DNA of 64,000 nucleotides from the human T2T-CHM13v2.0 reference genome, Homo sapiens. Of the stretch, positions 11,900 through 26,900 are shown piece after piece. The notes below the pieces were generated by a model. That model saw only the letters and a list, made by a program, of their open reading frames with translations. It did not search any database and was not told the origin of the DNA. The position numbers and the translations under genes are program-made. The stretch lies in the NCBI RefSeq assembly GCF_009914755.1, contig NC_060928.1; one strand, written 5' to 3'. The first letter of the stretch is position 1; each line of letters opens with the position of its first letter.

Positions 11900-12460
11900 G
11901 ACTCATTCCTGAATTTGTTTATTCACTTGTTCCTTTTTGTTTCTTTTATGGGTCAGGCATTGTGCTATGTACTGGAGACACCTAATTAAACAAGTGTAAT
12001 GCAGTAAGCAAGTGTGGGAAATTCCAGACAGGGGCAAGCTGGAAGAGTTAAGGGCTAGTATGCATGGCCAGATTAATGTTTCACAAAAGAAAACCAATCC
12101 TAATCATCACCCTCTTTTTGCTCTTCTTCGTATCTGCCTTAGGCATGCCTACCATCTAATGCTAACTTCCCTTTCCTTTCTTTCCTGCTCAAGAACATGG
12201 TAAGTTTGAAATCATGAGAAATTCTGACTGTTTTAAATCAGGGGCTTAATAGAGAAGTGGTGATTTATTAGCACTGCTGAAACACCATTTATTGATTTAA
12301 GACTTTTAGAGAAACTGCTGCTAAGTTATCTGGTTCTCCTTTGAATGGAAACTCCAAACAACCACAGTGGTAGCAAATACATAAATGTGAAAATAGAGGC
12401 TTAGTTGGAACATTGGAGTGAAGACTGAAGAGGGCTGGATGTAAAAGCTTGGGCAACACC
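11900..12460 (-). mobile_element. Degraded L2 fragment, apparently interrupted by the duplicated segment
   Basis: TCATTC...GTCAGGCATTGTGCTATGTACTGGAGACAC resembles an antisense L2 3' end; purine-rich L2-like sequence resumes after 12381. Confidence 0.45.
12090..12381 (+). repeat. Local direct duplication, copy A (of 13646-13946)
   Basis: Hand alignment gives about 15 substitutions and 2 indels (11 nt, 2 nt) over about 290 bp. Confidence 0.97.
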
Positions 12461-13309
12461 TAAGCAGGCTGATTTAAACACAATTCCAAAATTGCTACTA
12501 GCAGAGAAGACCAGAGTGAGCCCAAATGAAACCTGTGACCAGCTGAGAGCCCCTCAAGTTAAATGCAGAGACTTTTATTCTTGTGTGCAGTTATTTAGAC
12601 TGAAAATGGAAACGTGCAACTGTGAGGCAGATCTCATTCATGCATAATTGAAACACCCAAGGGTAAAATACTGAGGCACAATGGATGACATTTGATAAAA
12701 AGAGAGCAAGGAAAAAGAAGAAGTTAAAAACAAGATACAAGACCCTGGGGACCACAGAGAAGAATACCTGACATAGGCCAAATAATCTCAAATAAAAATA
12801 TCCATATTACCACACAATGTAAATATAAAGACAAATGCATGGAAGAGACATGAGGATTGGGTAGGGAAAATGTCTAGAATATGAAACATTCAAGGGATGA
12901 GTCACTGGTGAATGAAACTCTTATTCTAACTAAATGCAAACCAAAGTACTTATATAGTATTTTCAAATACATAGGAACTAAGAACAAGCACAAGATTCAC
13001 TGTCTTTAAAAAAGTTATATTGTAAGTTACTGTATTATATATGTCTATTCATACATGTAACTATGTAGCATATGTATGCATAAATATTTAAAATTTCTTT
13101 AACTTACTGGGAGAGAAATGGTATGTGTGCATATGTGAATATGGATGTAGTTGACTTCTTAATTGTGCGGGATAAATTCCATTTTGTTGGGGAAATTTGC
13201 AGGAAAGATTTGCAATAAGTATTTTAAGAATGAAAATGATGAGCTGAGAAACAATGGGCAATTAATGCAGTTGTCTTGGCTATTTTTCTTGGCAAAGTCA
13301 CAGGTGGTT

Positions 13310-13495
13310 TAATGAGCATTTATAATGCATTAGGCACAATACTAGATACTCTGGACTATCCCATTTAACCTTCTGAGAAGAATCCCCAGAGAAGAAATTA
13401 TTACTCTCATTTTAGGATGGCGATTCTGAGGCTCACAGAAGTTAAGTCCCATAATCTTGTCTGAATCCAATCCAAACTCTTCCCATCACACGCTT
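13310..13495 (-). mobile_element. MIR
   Basis: Contains CTCATTTTAGGATGGCGATTCTGAGGCTCACAGAAGTTAAGT, the MIR core. Confidence 0.7.
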
Positions 13496-13645
13496 GCTCC
13501 ATTCCCTTTGAGAGATGAAAGGGGAAGGCTGAATAAAAAAGTCCTCAGTGCACCATTTCCAGTGTTAGGCTAAAAATTCTTTATTCACTCAGATAATGTG
13601 CACTTTCACTAAACAAACCTAATATTGCAAAAATAAATCCAAATC

Positions 13646-13946
13646 AAAACCAATCCTAATCATCACTCTCTTTTTGCTGTTCTTTGCATCTGCCTTAGGT
13701 ATGCCTACCATTTAATGCTAACAAAGATGATACTTCCCATTCCTTTCTTTCCTGCTCAAGAACATGGTAAGTTTGAAATCCTGAGAAATTCTGACTGATT
13801 TAAATTAGGGGCTTAATAGAGAAGTGGTGATTTATTAGCACTGCTGAAACATTATTTATTGATTTAAGACTTTTAGAGAAACTGCTGCTGTTATCTGGTT
13901 CTCGTTTGAATGGAAACTCAAAACAACCACAGTAGTAGCAAATACA
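13646..13946 (+). repeat. Local direct duplication, copy B
   Basis: Same text as 12090-12381 (AAAACCAATCCTAATCATCAC...TAGCAAATACA). Confidence 0.97.
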
Positions 13947-16900
13947 AGTATTTTTTTTTTGTTAAAAAACAATGAGGCCTTTACATTGCTTACTAATTCT
14001 GCAGATTAGTAAGATGTGGTTATGTGTTTAGGTCCCTATCTTCCTCACTTTCTTTTATCCCTTGTAATGAGAAGGAAACCGAAGGAAAGGCATCTCATAC
14101 CAATGGAAATACAGGCAAGTTGTAGGAAAATGATTCATGCCAGATAACCTATACATTTTCCATAGATATTTCATTAACTGAGAAAGTAGACATGAGGCAT
14201 CTAATCCTTAATGTCAGCAGAGGGTTATTACATACTCCATATAGACCAGGCACTGGGACTTCAAAGAACTGTAAGTCACAGTTTCAACCCCGTGGAGACT
14301 TAAAATAAATCTACTGGTGTGCAAACATGTACATATGTGTACTTGTAAACACGTGGAAGACAAGTGATAAATGACTCATGGATGACATGTGCAGCAAGTG
14401 CTACAAGTGAGAGAAAAGTCATCGAAGCCTGGAGTCCATTCAGCTTCCAGCACATGTGCCCACAAGGTTTATATCCTTATATCAAATATTGCCACATCTG
14501 CGGTTTTCTGAAGACTTCAAAATGACTTAGCTTTTAAGAATCTTGGTCTGGGATCCTGGTGGGCCCATTCAGGTACTATAGAAATCTAGTCCAGCTCAGT
14601 AATGATGTGGAAACAGAGGCATAGAGGGGCTAGATAACTTATTGCAGGTCATATGGACAGCCAATTCATGCAAAAGTATCTTTGGGAGTAAATATGTTCT
14701 ATTCTCTATGTACATCTATTATATATACTTCAATTTTATATCCTTCTACTATATTAAAAATATGTCCATTAGCTGGAAATTGGGGCTGGTTATAAACCAA
14801 ATGGAAAATATTGAACTGAAGGAATTAAGTAACCATGGTTATAACATGACTGATAGTTTTTGTGGCCTAGAACACATCCTTTAACCTCTCTGGTGGCCAG
14901 CTCTCCCATATGTAAGAGAAAAGACATTGATTGACTTAATGATGTCTATGGTCATTTCTAGCAATGGGATACCAGGATTTAATGATTCTAAATCAGACTT
15001 CTTATTGTAGACCCAATAAGAAGATAAAAAAGTCATAAAACAATAGATGCTTTTCCTCATCTTGTGGAGAAATCCGCAATGGTGAAAGCCTTTGGCCTTG
15101 CTGCCCTATTCCACCCAAAGCCCACATGAAAATTTCTAAGAGTAACTGAGAAAAGGAGAGAAGACACAGATTCATAAGAACACTTTAAAAGCCCACTAAT
15201 GAACTCCTGGATCTGTAAGAAAAATATTGTAAACTATAATTCAGCAACATGTTAAAATACTACACTGAAAAATGATACCATGGTAAGTGATGGTGATTTT
15301 TAATATTCTATCAATAAAATGGACAGTGACTTGGAATTGAGGATCTATTGCTTCATATGACCTGCTTCCAGTGATTTGCATTTGAGTTCTATGTAGAGCA
15401 TGCTTGAAGGAAGAAGCTAAGGGAATATTTTTATGAGACTCCATGAAACACAGGTATCTAGGGTTACTTTAGTATCAATGTGAGCATTAGAAAGGAAAAC
15501 ATTCTCCTCACTACTGGATAACAAATACGATGGCTTTAAATCACAGAAGACCCGGAGTGTTCCTAATACTCTCAGGGAGTACCAATACATAGCACTTTTG
15601 GTTTGGGTGCCAACCTTGTTATGGAAGGTACCATGAATCGTAGCCATAGTGAGGGGGTTTGGAGGTGACATATACATGAAAGTGGCTCTAGTCAGACAGG
15701 AAGACCATGGTGGATGCACTGTAGACTATACCTGGCTAACTTGTACCTAGATACATATAAAACATTTTTCAAGATGTTAGAGATCAGGGAGTGAGATTTT
15801 GCAAGAGCATAAGGTAATGGATGAACAAGCAGAGTCAGAGAAGCTGGTGAGATTAGCTCCACTGCTGTTACTATGATCCCTTATCTAATGTAATGGTAAT
15901 GTCTGGGGAACTCTAATTACATATAATTACTGGCTCGTTTGGGTTAACAAGATGTTACTATTGGGAGAATTAAAAGGATATTATCAGTCATTTCAACTAT
16001 AATACATGTAGTTTAATCAGACTGTTTTTCTGAAGTTAAGCTATGGTCACCTTCTCTGTAGGAATGTGAGTTTTGAAGGACAGAAGAAAAGTAGAAAGAG
16101 GATTTTTGTTTTTCTTTTTTTTTTGAAATCATAGGGCACTTCTCTACTATATAGCAATAGATTATAAAGATTTGTACAGCCTTCATGTGGTAAAATGATG
16201 TGGTACATCTGGGAGAGGAGAAAGTATACTAATAGACTAACTTTAAAAATACCAAAAGGGAGCTGGGAGGGTCCAGACAAACTTTGAAATTTAGGGGAGG
16301 AAGAATCTCATACTCAATATTCCTCATCTCAGCTAAGCACAATGTTCCTTATATCTTTCTCAAATTGCCGGTTCTTGCCATCCAGCCATATTATCCCACT
16401 GAGCCTGGAGTATTGAGAATATGGCTGGTGGCGGGGTGGAGGGAGACTCAAGTCCCGGACTATGAGTCTCTGCCCGTCATTCTTCATCTATGGATTAGTG
16501 ACAACTGGTGTAACCAGCCTGTCCTAGCCTTGAATGTCTTCCATAGTATTTCACTATAATTTAACCTATAATATGTATATGCTTTACAAGAGAAAGAAAA
16601 TGCCAACTTCATATAAACATGTGTTTTCAAATATGCTTCTTTCCATTATTAACTAACATTTGCCGTGTACAGGCAAGATACATGCAAAGCACTATATCAC
16701 TGGCTTTAAAAGGCAATTTGGTTCCTACTATGTTAATCCAAATGTTCCAATTAGTTTGGTGCTTTCATAATTATGTATAATTCGGTTGGCATGTATGCAT
16801 GAAATGTTTATTTCCATAATTGTAACAAGCACTTAAATTAATTATACCATAACCTCTTGATTCTATGGGCCAACTGTTGAGTCTTTTTTTTTAATATTGT

Positions 16901-17928
16901 AGAATCAGCCCTTTTTATTTTTTGAATTTTCCCCCCGCCTTTGATGTGTTGTTTCTTATCCTTGTTTGGAATTCTCTATGGAATATTCTCAGAATAATCT
17001 TGCAGTTTTCTTTTATGATTGAAACTTTGCATTTTAACAGTTGTCTGGAGATAGTTTCTTCCTTGTGAAATATCAGTTTTAATAACAGAAAAAGAAAAGT
17101 GCCATAAATCTGCACTAACCACATAAAGCTGAAGTCTCTGAGAGACTGATTAACACGGAGACTCTACACAGGTTTTTCAATAATTAGAGGATGTGTTTGC
17201 ATGGAGCCACAACCGCTCAGGCCTTGAAGCCATTTCCCAGGGCAGCCAGCAATTATTACAGCCTGGAGTACATTCCTTATATTCTATGCCTCTAGCTATT
17301 GAAGCTGTTTTCAAATAAAGGTCTCTTAATTTCACAAAAAGTTAACATCACCGTGGATGAACAACATTTTTCTGCTAATACCTTCACTACTTAGTTGGGA
17401 GAGGGCCCTCGGAGAGCAGGCAATTAGAAATTCCTAATTTGTTGTTCACTCACCCATAAAAGGTTAAGAACATTCTGGTCTCTGATTACATGAACCGAGC
17501 AAAGGCCAGATCCAGCCTCCCACAGTGCCTTAGCTAACTGCCTGCCCTATCAGCAAATGCTGCTGAACATTCTCTTCAGAGCACAGGAGTGTGTGGGCAG
17601 TTTCACTGTGGGCTTGAGTATTTATTTATTTATTTTTGTCTCCGTAAATTACAGATAGCAAATATAGTATGGAAAAGATTGTCATTTTTCTTTTTGGTAC
17701 AAAACTTGGTATGTCATTACCACGAATTAAAGGCTAAATGTTAGTATGATACTTTTAGAGGAGAAAACCCATGTGATAGTTCATCACCAATAGCCTTGGA
17801 GTTCTACTTTCTGATGCATCATTGCTTGTATGGTGTGGATGTAATAATGCAGCATTACTAACAATGTAGATGTCCATGTAGCTTACTATCTTCTTATTTT
17901 ATATCAAAAAGTGCTGATGAAATTTTGA

Positions 17929-18292
<364 letters not shown>

Positions 18293-18979
18293 TGGACTTG
18301 CTATCTACATAAGCAATGCATAATGTAAATGCCAAGCGAAAATTTCATCAGTCATAGGTAGTTGACTGGACATTTAATTATCCTTCGCCTATGCTTTCTG
18401 TTATGCCAAGTTAACCATTTAATTAGGCCAAATAGACAGATTTAGTCCACAACAAAAGTCTCTTTCAGCTGGAGTGGGCCAGGGGATGAGTCTTAATGAA
18501 GAAAAGGAAAGGCAAAGAAAGGAGATGAAGATCAAAGGAGAAGAGAGCTGAGAATGTTAAGCAAACTCCAATGTTGCCAACTCTCTGGCATACAGTTGAA
18601 CAATCCTGATGGGAAAGAATCATGACTTAGTCCAAAGTTGGACAAGTTGAATAATTTGGTAAAATATGATCAGTTCAGCTTGCCCAATCACTTGAATGTG
18701 GGAGGGATTCGGCAGCATCATTTTTGTCTCTTTGGGGAATGAAAATAATCTGTTGCAAACTGTGTTTAGCACATTCAAAATCCGATGTAATTTTGCCATG
18801 CTTCTTTTTGAAAAATAGTTGTGGTAATATATGCTTCAGTTTGTATGTCACATGCAACATGTGACTTCCGAGCTTGGTTACTAACTTCGATCCATATTTC
18901 TGTAAATGTAGAATATACAAAACTCCATGTGTGTGACATTGATGATTATAAAGCTTCTATACGAATATTGGGGCTTTCA

Positions 18980-19170
18980 TATGAACACTATGTAGCCTTC
19001 GGGGGGTTTCTTAACCTTTCTGTGCTTCAGTTTCTATATTTGTAAAACGGAGCTAATAGTCTTTGTTCTATTTTATTCTCATAATTTCTAAGAGATTACA
19101 TGAAATAACTTGTGTGATGTGTGTGCTTCGAAAACAATAAAGGATTCTACAAATGTGATGCCATTGTTAT
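18980..19170 (+). mobile_element. MIR
   Basis: CTTAACCTTTCTGTGCTTCAGTTTCTATATTTGTAAAACGG core. Confidence 0.7.
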
Positions 19171-20212
19171 ATCGCTGTCAGAAACACTTTGCCTACACAA
19201 CAAGCAAAAGTCATTAAGTCAAGACAATTAAAAGGATATAGAAGGAAAGAGGAGAGAAAATGATAACATAGCTGACAATTTACAGAGTTGTTCTGTATTT
19301 TTCACTCATTTTTTCTTAAATCATTTTAGTTGATATACTAATCTTGAAGCAGAAGAAACCAAGTTTTGAGGTGTTTTTGAAGTCAAAGTCTCCAAACTAT
19401 GATTCTTGCTCACAAGTTGACCAACACAATGAAAATTGTTGCAAAAATGTAATCTTTAGTGAAAAAAACTGTCTGGGAGCCATCTTGGCCATAGCATCCT
19501 GAATAAACGTAAAACTTGAAATGTTGTTCAAGGTGGATTACTTAATTACCATTTACCACTTGTTTAAAAAAACAAATTTGGGAATATGGCTGGTCCAGTT
19601 CATTTCTCAGTGACAATACACCAAAGCTTTTAAAAATACAATCGCTTTTTGCTTTCTCCTTTCAACACACTGAAAACCAAAGTGTTATTTTTAAAAAGGT
19701 AAACATTAAACCATTGCAAACTTGTATTTGTTGCTAGTAAATGAAAAAATTAGCAAATGTATTAATAGTTACCAAATAGAAGAATCCTAAGAGATGAGAT
19801 AATTCTTACCATTTTCTTCATTCAAAAGTCGTTCAGTGCTGATAATTATTAGAGATCAGGTCTCACAAATATTTCCTATGTGATAACATTTTCATGGGCA
19901 TTCAGGAGAAACAGTTTCGTGAGGGAGAAAGATGGAGTTGTGATGACTGGAATAAGACAAGAATAGATTGTAGATGGAAGACACAATCCATATTAATTTT
20001 CTACAGTCATAATCAGGGACACTAGTAATTGGAAGGGGACAAGGCAAAGCACTCCTTCACTATTCTCTCAGTTCTTGGCTTTGTATCTGAAGTGACCTCA
20101 TAAAATATTAGGCACATAATATTGAACACCACTGGCTGAACAAGTAATTGATCATATCATTCCCCTCCTTTCAATCCTTCAAAGTCTTCACGTCATACCA
20201 AGAAAACTATCA

Positions 20213-20643
20213 AGTTCTTAATCCTGCTTCTGAAAGAAGCAGACACTAAGACAGGATTAACAGGCAAGAATTCTATTAGGAGAAATACTCTGTTTGAGAA
20301 AATAGGTCGAAGCTAGGTTAGACTGGGAGCACCATCAGACTGCAGTGCAAGTCTGACCAGAGAGGAGAGAGGGAAGGAAGTCTGAGTGCTGTACAGTCTA
20401 AGCAAGGCCATGGGGAGTCCTCAAAATCAAATTTGCTGTCAGAGGATGCCAGTGTCTTCCAGGAATTGTCCTGCCTTAGCAGAACCAATGCGCTCATCAT
20501 TGACCGGAAGCAGCATGTTGAGAGCATAGGTTCATCAGAGAGAAATGTGGCAATGGATTTAAAAGGCAGCAGCTGGGGCCTTTGGTCAAGTATACTCCCA
20601 CACAGTTGCAGATCTACAAGGTGTGTTTCTCATGGCTGCCACA
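20213..20643 (-). mobile_element. ERVL LTR (LTR40-like), 3' LTR of a truncated provirus
   Basis: Reverse complement begins TGTGGCAGCCATG, preceded by a PPT-like CCTAAGAGTGGCC. The body resembles LTR40/LTR16-group consensus. Confidence 0.65.
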
Positions 20644-22335
20644 GGCCACTCTTAGGCCACACAGATTTACTTTTATGCAGATTTGTAGAGTAGCTCCTCT
20701 GTGGTTTCTGTGGTCTTTCCTTCCTGTGGGAAAACTCAGAATAGGGAGGTGACTGGGATGAGCTACTGCTCCCATTGCTCCTGTTGATGTTGGGGCCATA
20801 ACTGAGACTTACCCTGACTCTCCTCCACTATGCATTCCAACTCCCTTTACACTCAGCTATTCCCTAGGCAAGTCTTGGTAGCATTTCTGAAGTATCCAAA
20901 CCCCTGAAAATCACATTTGTCTAAGCCTGAGGTTGCTACAAATGTCCATTCACAGATACAGCAAGTAAAGGGAGAACCAGGTGGTGACCAAATAGAGCAC
21001 CTGTGTTTCATATGCATTCCTCCATGCCCCTATTGGGTAAAAACAGCATTGCCTCCTCTTGCTGATCAGGGAAAATTACTCTTGCCAGTAAGGTGACTCC
21101 TCTCCTTACCAGGGGTCTGGGAATAATGAGTTCAATGTGCTCTGGAGGCAGCCATAACTTATAGTTCAATGCTATGTTCCCTAGCAGAGCACGTGCCTAC
21201 TGGGGACCCAGACTTCCAGCCCTGAAGAGTCCAGAGTTGTAGGGACAGGAAGCATGAAACTACCAGTATGTCACTGGGAGTTATGACAAGTGAGGCTATT
21301 CTTGCTTCTACCCCTTGATGCTCTAACCCATGCCTTTTTCCTATAGAGAATACAGCATATTGGATCTCTAGTTAATTAAATGCACTGCATCCTAGAGAAT
21401 GACATCTACCTTTCAGTGTTTCCTCTGAGCTGGTGCTTCCATTGGCACCTTTAGAAGACTCTTCCAGACTTGTATGAGACCAGTTGCATCTGGTTGGTAG
21501 CGTATGTGATACAACCACTGAATCCCATGATCTCAGATCCACTTCTGTGCTCATTTCACTATGAAGTTGGTCTTATGGTTAGAGGCTATGCTTTGTGAGA
21601 TTTCTTGCCTGTGGATCACTCATTCCATAAACCACCAAATAATAGAGTGGGACACACACAGTGTTGCCCTGGGACAGAAAAGGCAAACCCATATTTAGTT
21701 TAGGTATCCATCCCTGTGAACCTCTGGACCTTCCAGGAGTATTCCATGAGGAACGTGTCATGTTGGAAATTTATCACTGGTCTCTGTTGCTGGAAGGTTG
21801 GGTATTCAGAGGTAGCCATAGCTATATCAGCCTTGGTAAGTGGGAGTCCATGCTTTGGGGCAATGTCACCTCCATAATATCCTATAATGCCATCACATGC
21901 CTGGGGTAGTTGACAATGAAGGCTGGCTAAATCAATTCACCAACTCATATTATCTATTTCTTTTTTTAGTATCTCTTCAGGGATAGATGCTTTTTGGTGG
22001 GCATTAATAGGTGGTACAAAAACCTTTTTGCTTTGTGTTCACTCTCATATGTCTATCCAAATGCCTCTATTCAGAACTACTTTTCTCAGATCATCCAGTC
22101 TTTTTCCCCTCGAAGTCCCTGAGCAATTTGTTAGGACGATGGCCACTGCTCAGAAATATTTATATGTTCTTCCACACAAAGTGCATGAGAAAGTGCACTG
22201 CTCATAGCTCAGCCAATTTTTCATTCTCCACATGTTTCAGGGATATCTCTGACTATAGTTGTCAAACAAATGCCATCCATTTTTAGCTTGTACCCACATA
22301 ATGAGATGACTGAGGTTGCAGCTGGGCCTTTTTAC
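20644..22335 (-). mobile_element. Degraded ERVL internal region (RNaseH/integrase remnants)
   Basis: Adjacent to the LTR. Minus-strand TTTGTACCACCTATTAATGCCCAC resembles the ERVL 'FVSHVNAH' RNaseH end. No intact ORF. Confidence 0.6.
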
Positions 22336-22379
22336 GTGTTTTGCTGGATAGTAAGCTATACTTGTGCAATGAGAGACTG

Positions 22380-23892
<1,513 letters not shown>

Positions 23893-23893
<1 letters not shown>

Positions 23894-23978
23894 TGTGTCT
23901 TTATGGTAGAATGATTTATACCCATGTAACAAACCTGCACATATACCCTCTAAACCTAAAATAAAAATTGGAAAAAAA
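23893..23978 (+). mobile_element. Tiny L1PA 3' terminus with a short inverted piece
   Basis: Antisense TGTGTCTTTATGGTAGAATGATTTATA, then sense CCCATGTAACAAACCTGCACATATACCCTCTAAACCTAAAATAAAAA. Confidence 0.75.
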
Positions 23979-26900
23979 TTTGTCTTTCTGATTGTATTTA
24001 TTTGAATCTATGTTTTTTCTTTATTAGTCTACCCAGCAATCTATCTATTTATTCTTTCAAATAACCAACCCCTGGACTTGTGGATCTTTTTTATGGTTTT
24101 TCATATTTCAATTTTCTTCAAGTCACCTCTCATTTTGTTTTTTTCTTATCTTCTGCTGGCTTTGGGGTTCATTTGCTCTTTGTTCTCTAATTCCTCTAGG
24201 TGTGATGATGGCTTGCTAATCTGAGATCTTTTTGACTTTTTGATGTGGGCATTTAGCACTATAAACTTCCCTCTTAACACTGCTTTAGCTGTGTCCCAGA
24301 TATTCTGATATGTTGTATTTTCCCCTTATTAGTTTCAAAGAATTTCTTGATTTCTGCCTCAATTTCATTGTTAGCCCAAAAGTCATTCAGGAGCAGGTTG
24401 TTTAATTTCCATGTAATGATACGGTTTTTGAGCAATTTTCTTAGTATTGATTTCTGTTTTTTTATATGTGCTGTAGTCTGAAAGTGTGGTTGGTATAATT
24501 TGCGGCATTTTTACTTTGCTGAGGATTGTTTTATGGCTGTTTGTGTGGTCAATTTTAGAGTGTGTGCTACGTAAAGATGAGAAGAATATATATTCTGATA
24601 TTTTCAGTTGGAGGGTTTTGTAGATATCTATTAGGTCCTTTTGTTGAAGTGTTGAGTCCAGGTCCCAAATATCTTTGTTAGTTTTCTGCCTTGATAATCT
24701 GCCTAATCCTATCAGTGGGGTGTTGAAGTCTCCCACTATTATTTTGTGGTTATCTAGGTATCTTTGTAGGTCTTTAGTAACTTGCTTTGTGACCGATGCT
24801 CCTGTACTAAGTTTAAATATATTTAGGATAGTTAGGTTTTCTTGCTGAATTATGTAGTGCCATTGTCTGTTTTCATCATTGCTGGTTTAAAGACTGTTTT
24901 GTCTGAAATTAGGATAGCAATCCCTGTCATTTTCTGTTTTCCATTTGTTTGGTCAATTTTCTTCACCCTTTACTTTGAACCTATGGGTGTCACTGCATGT
25001 AAGATGGGTCTCTTGAAGACTATATATCATTGAGTTTTGTCTCTTTATCCAATTTGCCATTCTGTGCCTTTTAATTGGGACATTTAACCCATTTACATTC
25101 AAGGTTAATATTGATATGTGCCAATTTGATACTGTCATCATGTCAGCTGGTTATTATGCTGACTTGGTTCATGTGGTTGCCTTATAGTGTCAATGATCTA
25201 TGTACTTAAGTGTGTTTTTGTAGTGTCCAGTAATAGTCTTTCCTTTCCATATTTAGTATTCCCTTTTAGGCCTCTTGTAAGGCAGGTCTGATCATAATGA
25301 ATTCCCTTAGCATTTGCTTGTCTGAAAAGGATATTATTTCTCCTTTGCTTATGAAAATTAGTTTCACTGGATATGAAACTCTTGGTTGCAAATTCTTTTC
25401 TTTAAAAATGTGACTATAGTCTTCCAGTCTCTTCTGGCTTACAGGATTTCTGCCAAAATTTCCACCCTTAGCCTGATGGGGTTCCCTTTGTAGGTAACCC
25501 GCCCCTTCCCTCTAGCTGCCTTTAACATTTTTTCTTTCATTTCAACCTTGGACAATCTGATGACTATGTATTTTGAGGATTGTCATCTTGTATAGTATCT
25601 TGCACAAATTATCTGCACTTCCTGAATTTGAATGTTGGCCTCTCTAACAAAGTTAGGGAAATTTTCATGGATGATATCTTGAAGTATGTTTTCCAAGTTG
25701 CTTGCTTTCTCTCCTCTCTTTCCAAGACATCAGTGAGACACATTTGTTCTCTTTACATAATCCCATATTTCATGGTAGATTTATTTATTCTTATTTAATC
25801 TTTTTTCTTTATTTTTGTCTGAGTTATTTCAGAGAACTTGTCTTTGAGTTCTGAGATTCTTTCCTCTGCTTGGTTGATTCTGCTCTTAATACTTGCGATT
25901 GTATTCTGAAATTCTTGAAGTGAGTTTTTCAGTTCTATCAGGTCAGTTTGTTTCTTTCTTAAAAATGGTCATTTCATCTTTTATCTCCTGTATCATTTTA
26001 TTGTATTCCTTAGAATCCTTTGAGTTTTGAATTTCTCCTGAATCTCAATGATCTTCATTCCTATCCATATTCTGAATTCTATTTCTATCATTTCAGCCAT
26101 TTCAGCCTAATTAATAACCAATGCTAAGGAACTCTAGCTTTTTGAGTTTCCAGAGTTCTTGTGCTGGTTCTTTCTCGCCTGTGTGGGCTGATGTTCCTTC
26201 AATCTTTGACATTGCTGTCCTTTGAATGCAGGATGTTTGTTTGTTTGTTTTGTTTTGTTTTTTGCTTTTATCCTCTTTGAGGCTCTCAGTGTTTGATTGT
26301 AGTATAAGGTGGGTTCAGTCAGCTAGCTTCATTTCTGAAAGATTTTAGGAAGCCAAGTCTCAGCTCAGCACTCTTGGCCTCTGTGCTCTAACTCTGGAGA
26401 AATGGTACCAGCCCACAGCTTTGTTCTTTGTTTGCTAGAGGCTCAGAACCTACTGAACTGGAGGGGCTGAGGTATTCCCAGACTGCTGGCCACAGCACTT
26501 TGATGGATGATGGCAGCCAAAGTGCTTCACTGAGGTGGTGGCAGCAGGATTCATGCTCATTCGTGCATGCCAGCAGCAGTGGCAATGTGGTGGGGTGCAT
26601 GCATGTTTGCTGTTGTGGGGTACTAGTGGGAGTGGGGTTGTGGTATTCCTGTGCATGCTCACACCAGTGGCTGCAGCAACAAGGGTGGGTTGCTGGAGAG
26701 TGCGGAGCTGCCAGCCTCTGTGCGTATGTTTTCAGCAGTGGTGATGGCAGTATGGTGTGGGGGCGGGGTTGCTGGTCTCTCGGCATGTGTTTTCACTGGT
26801 GGTGATGTCTACATATGGAGGGCCTGGGATTGATGGAATCTTAGCATGCATTTGTGTCAGCAATGACAGTACAGCTGGGGGGTGTGGGGTGTGCTCACAC

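Noticed and set aside
12090-13946. The direct repeats interpreted as LTRs of a novel retroelement
   Set aside because: No TG start, no TSD, and no PBS or PPT; the interior contains ordinary L2/MIR remnants.
18705-18722. TTCGGCAGCA, similar to the U6 snRNA 5' end
   Set aside because: Only about 10 bp match and the flanks do not follow U6.
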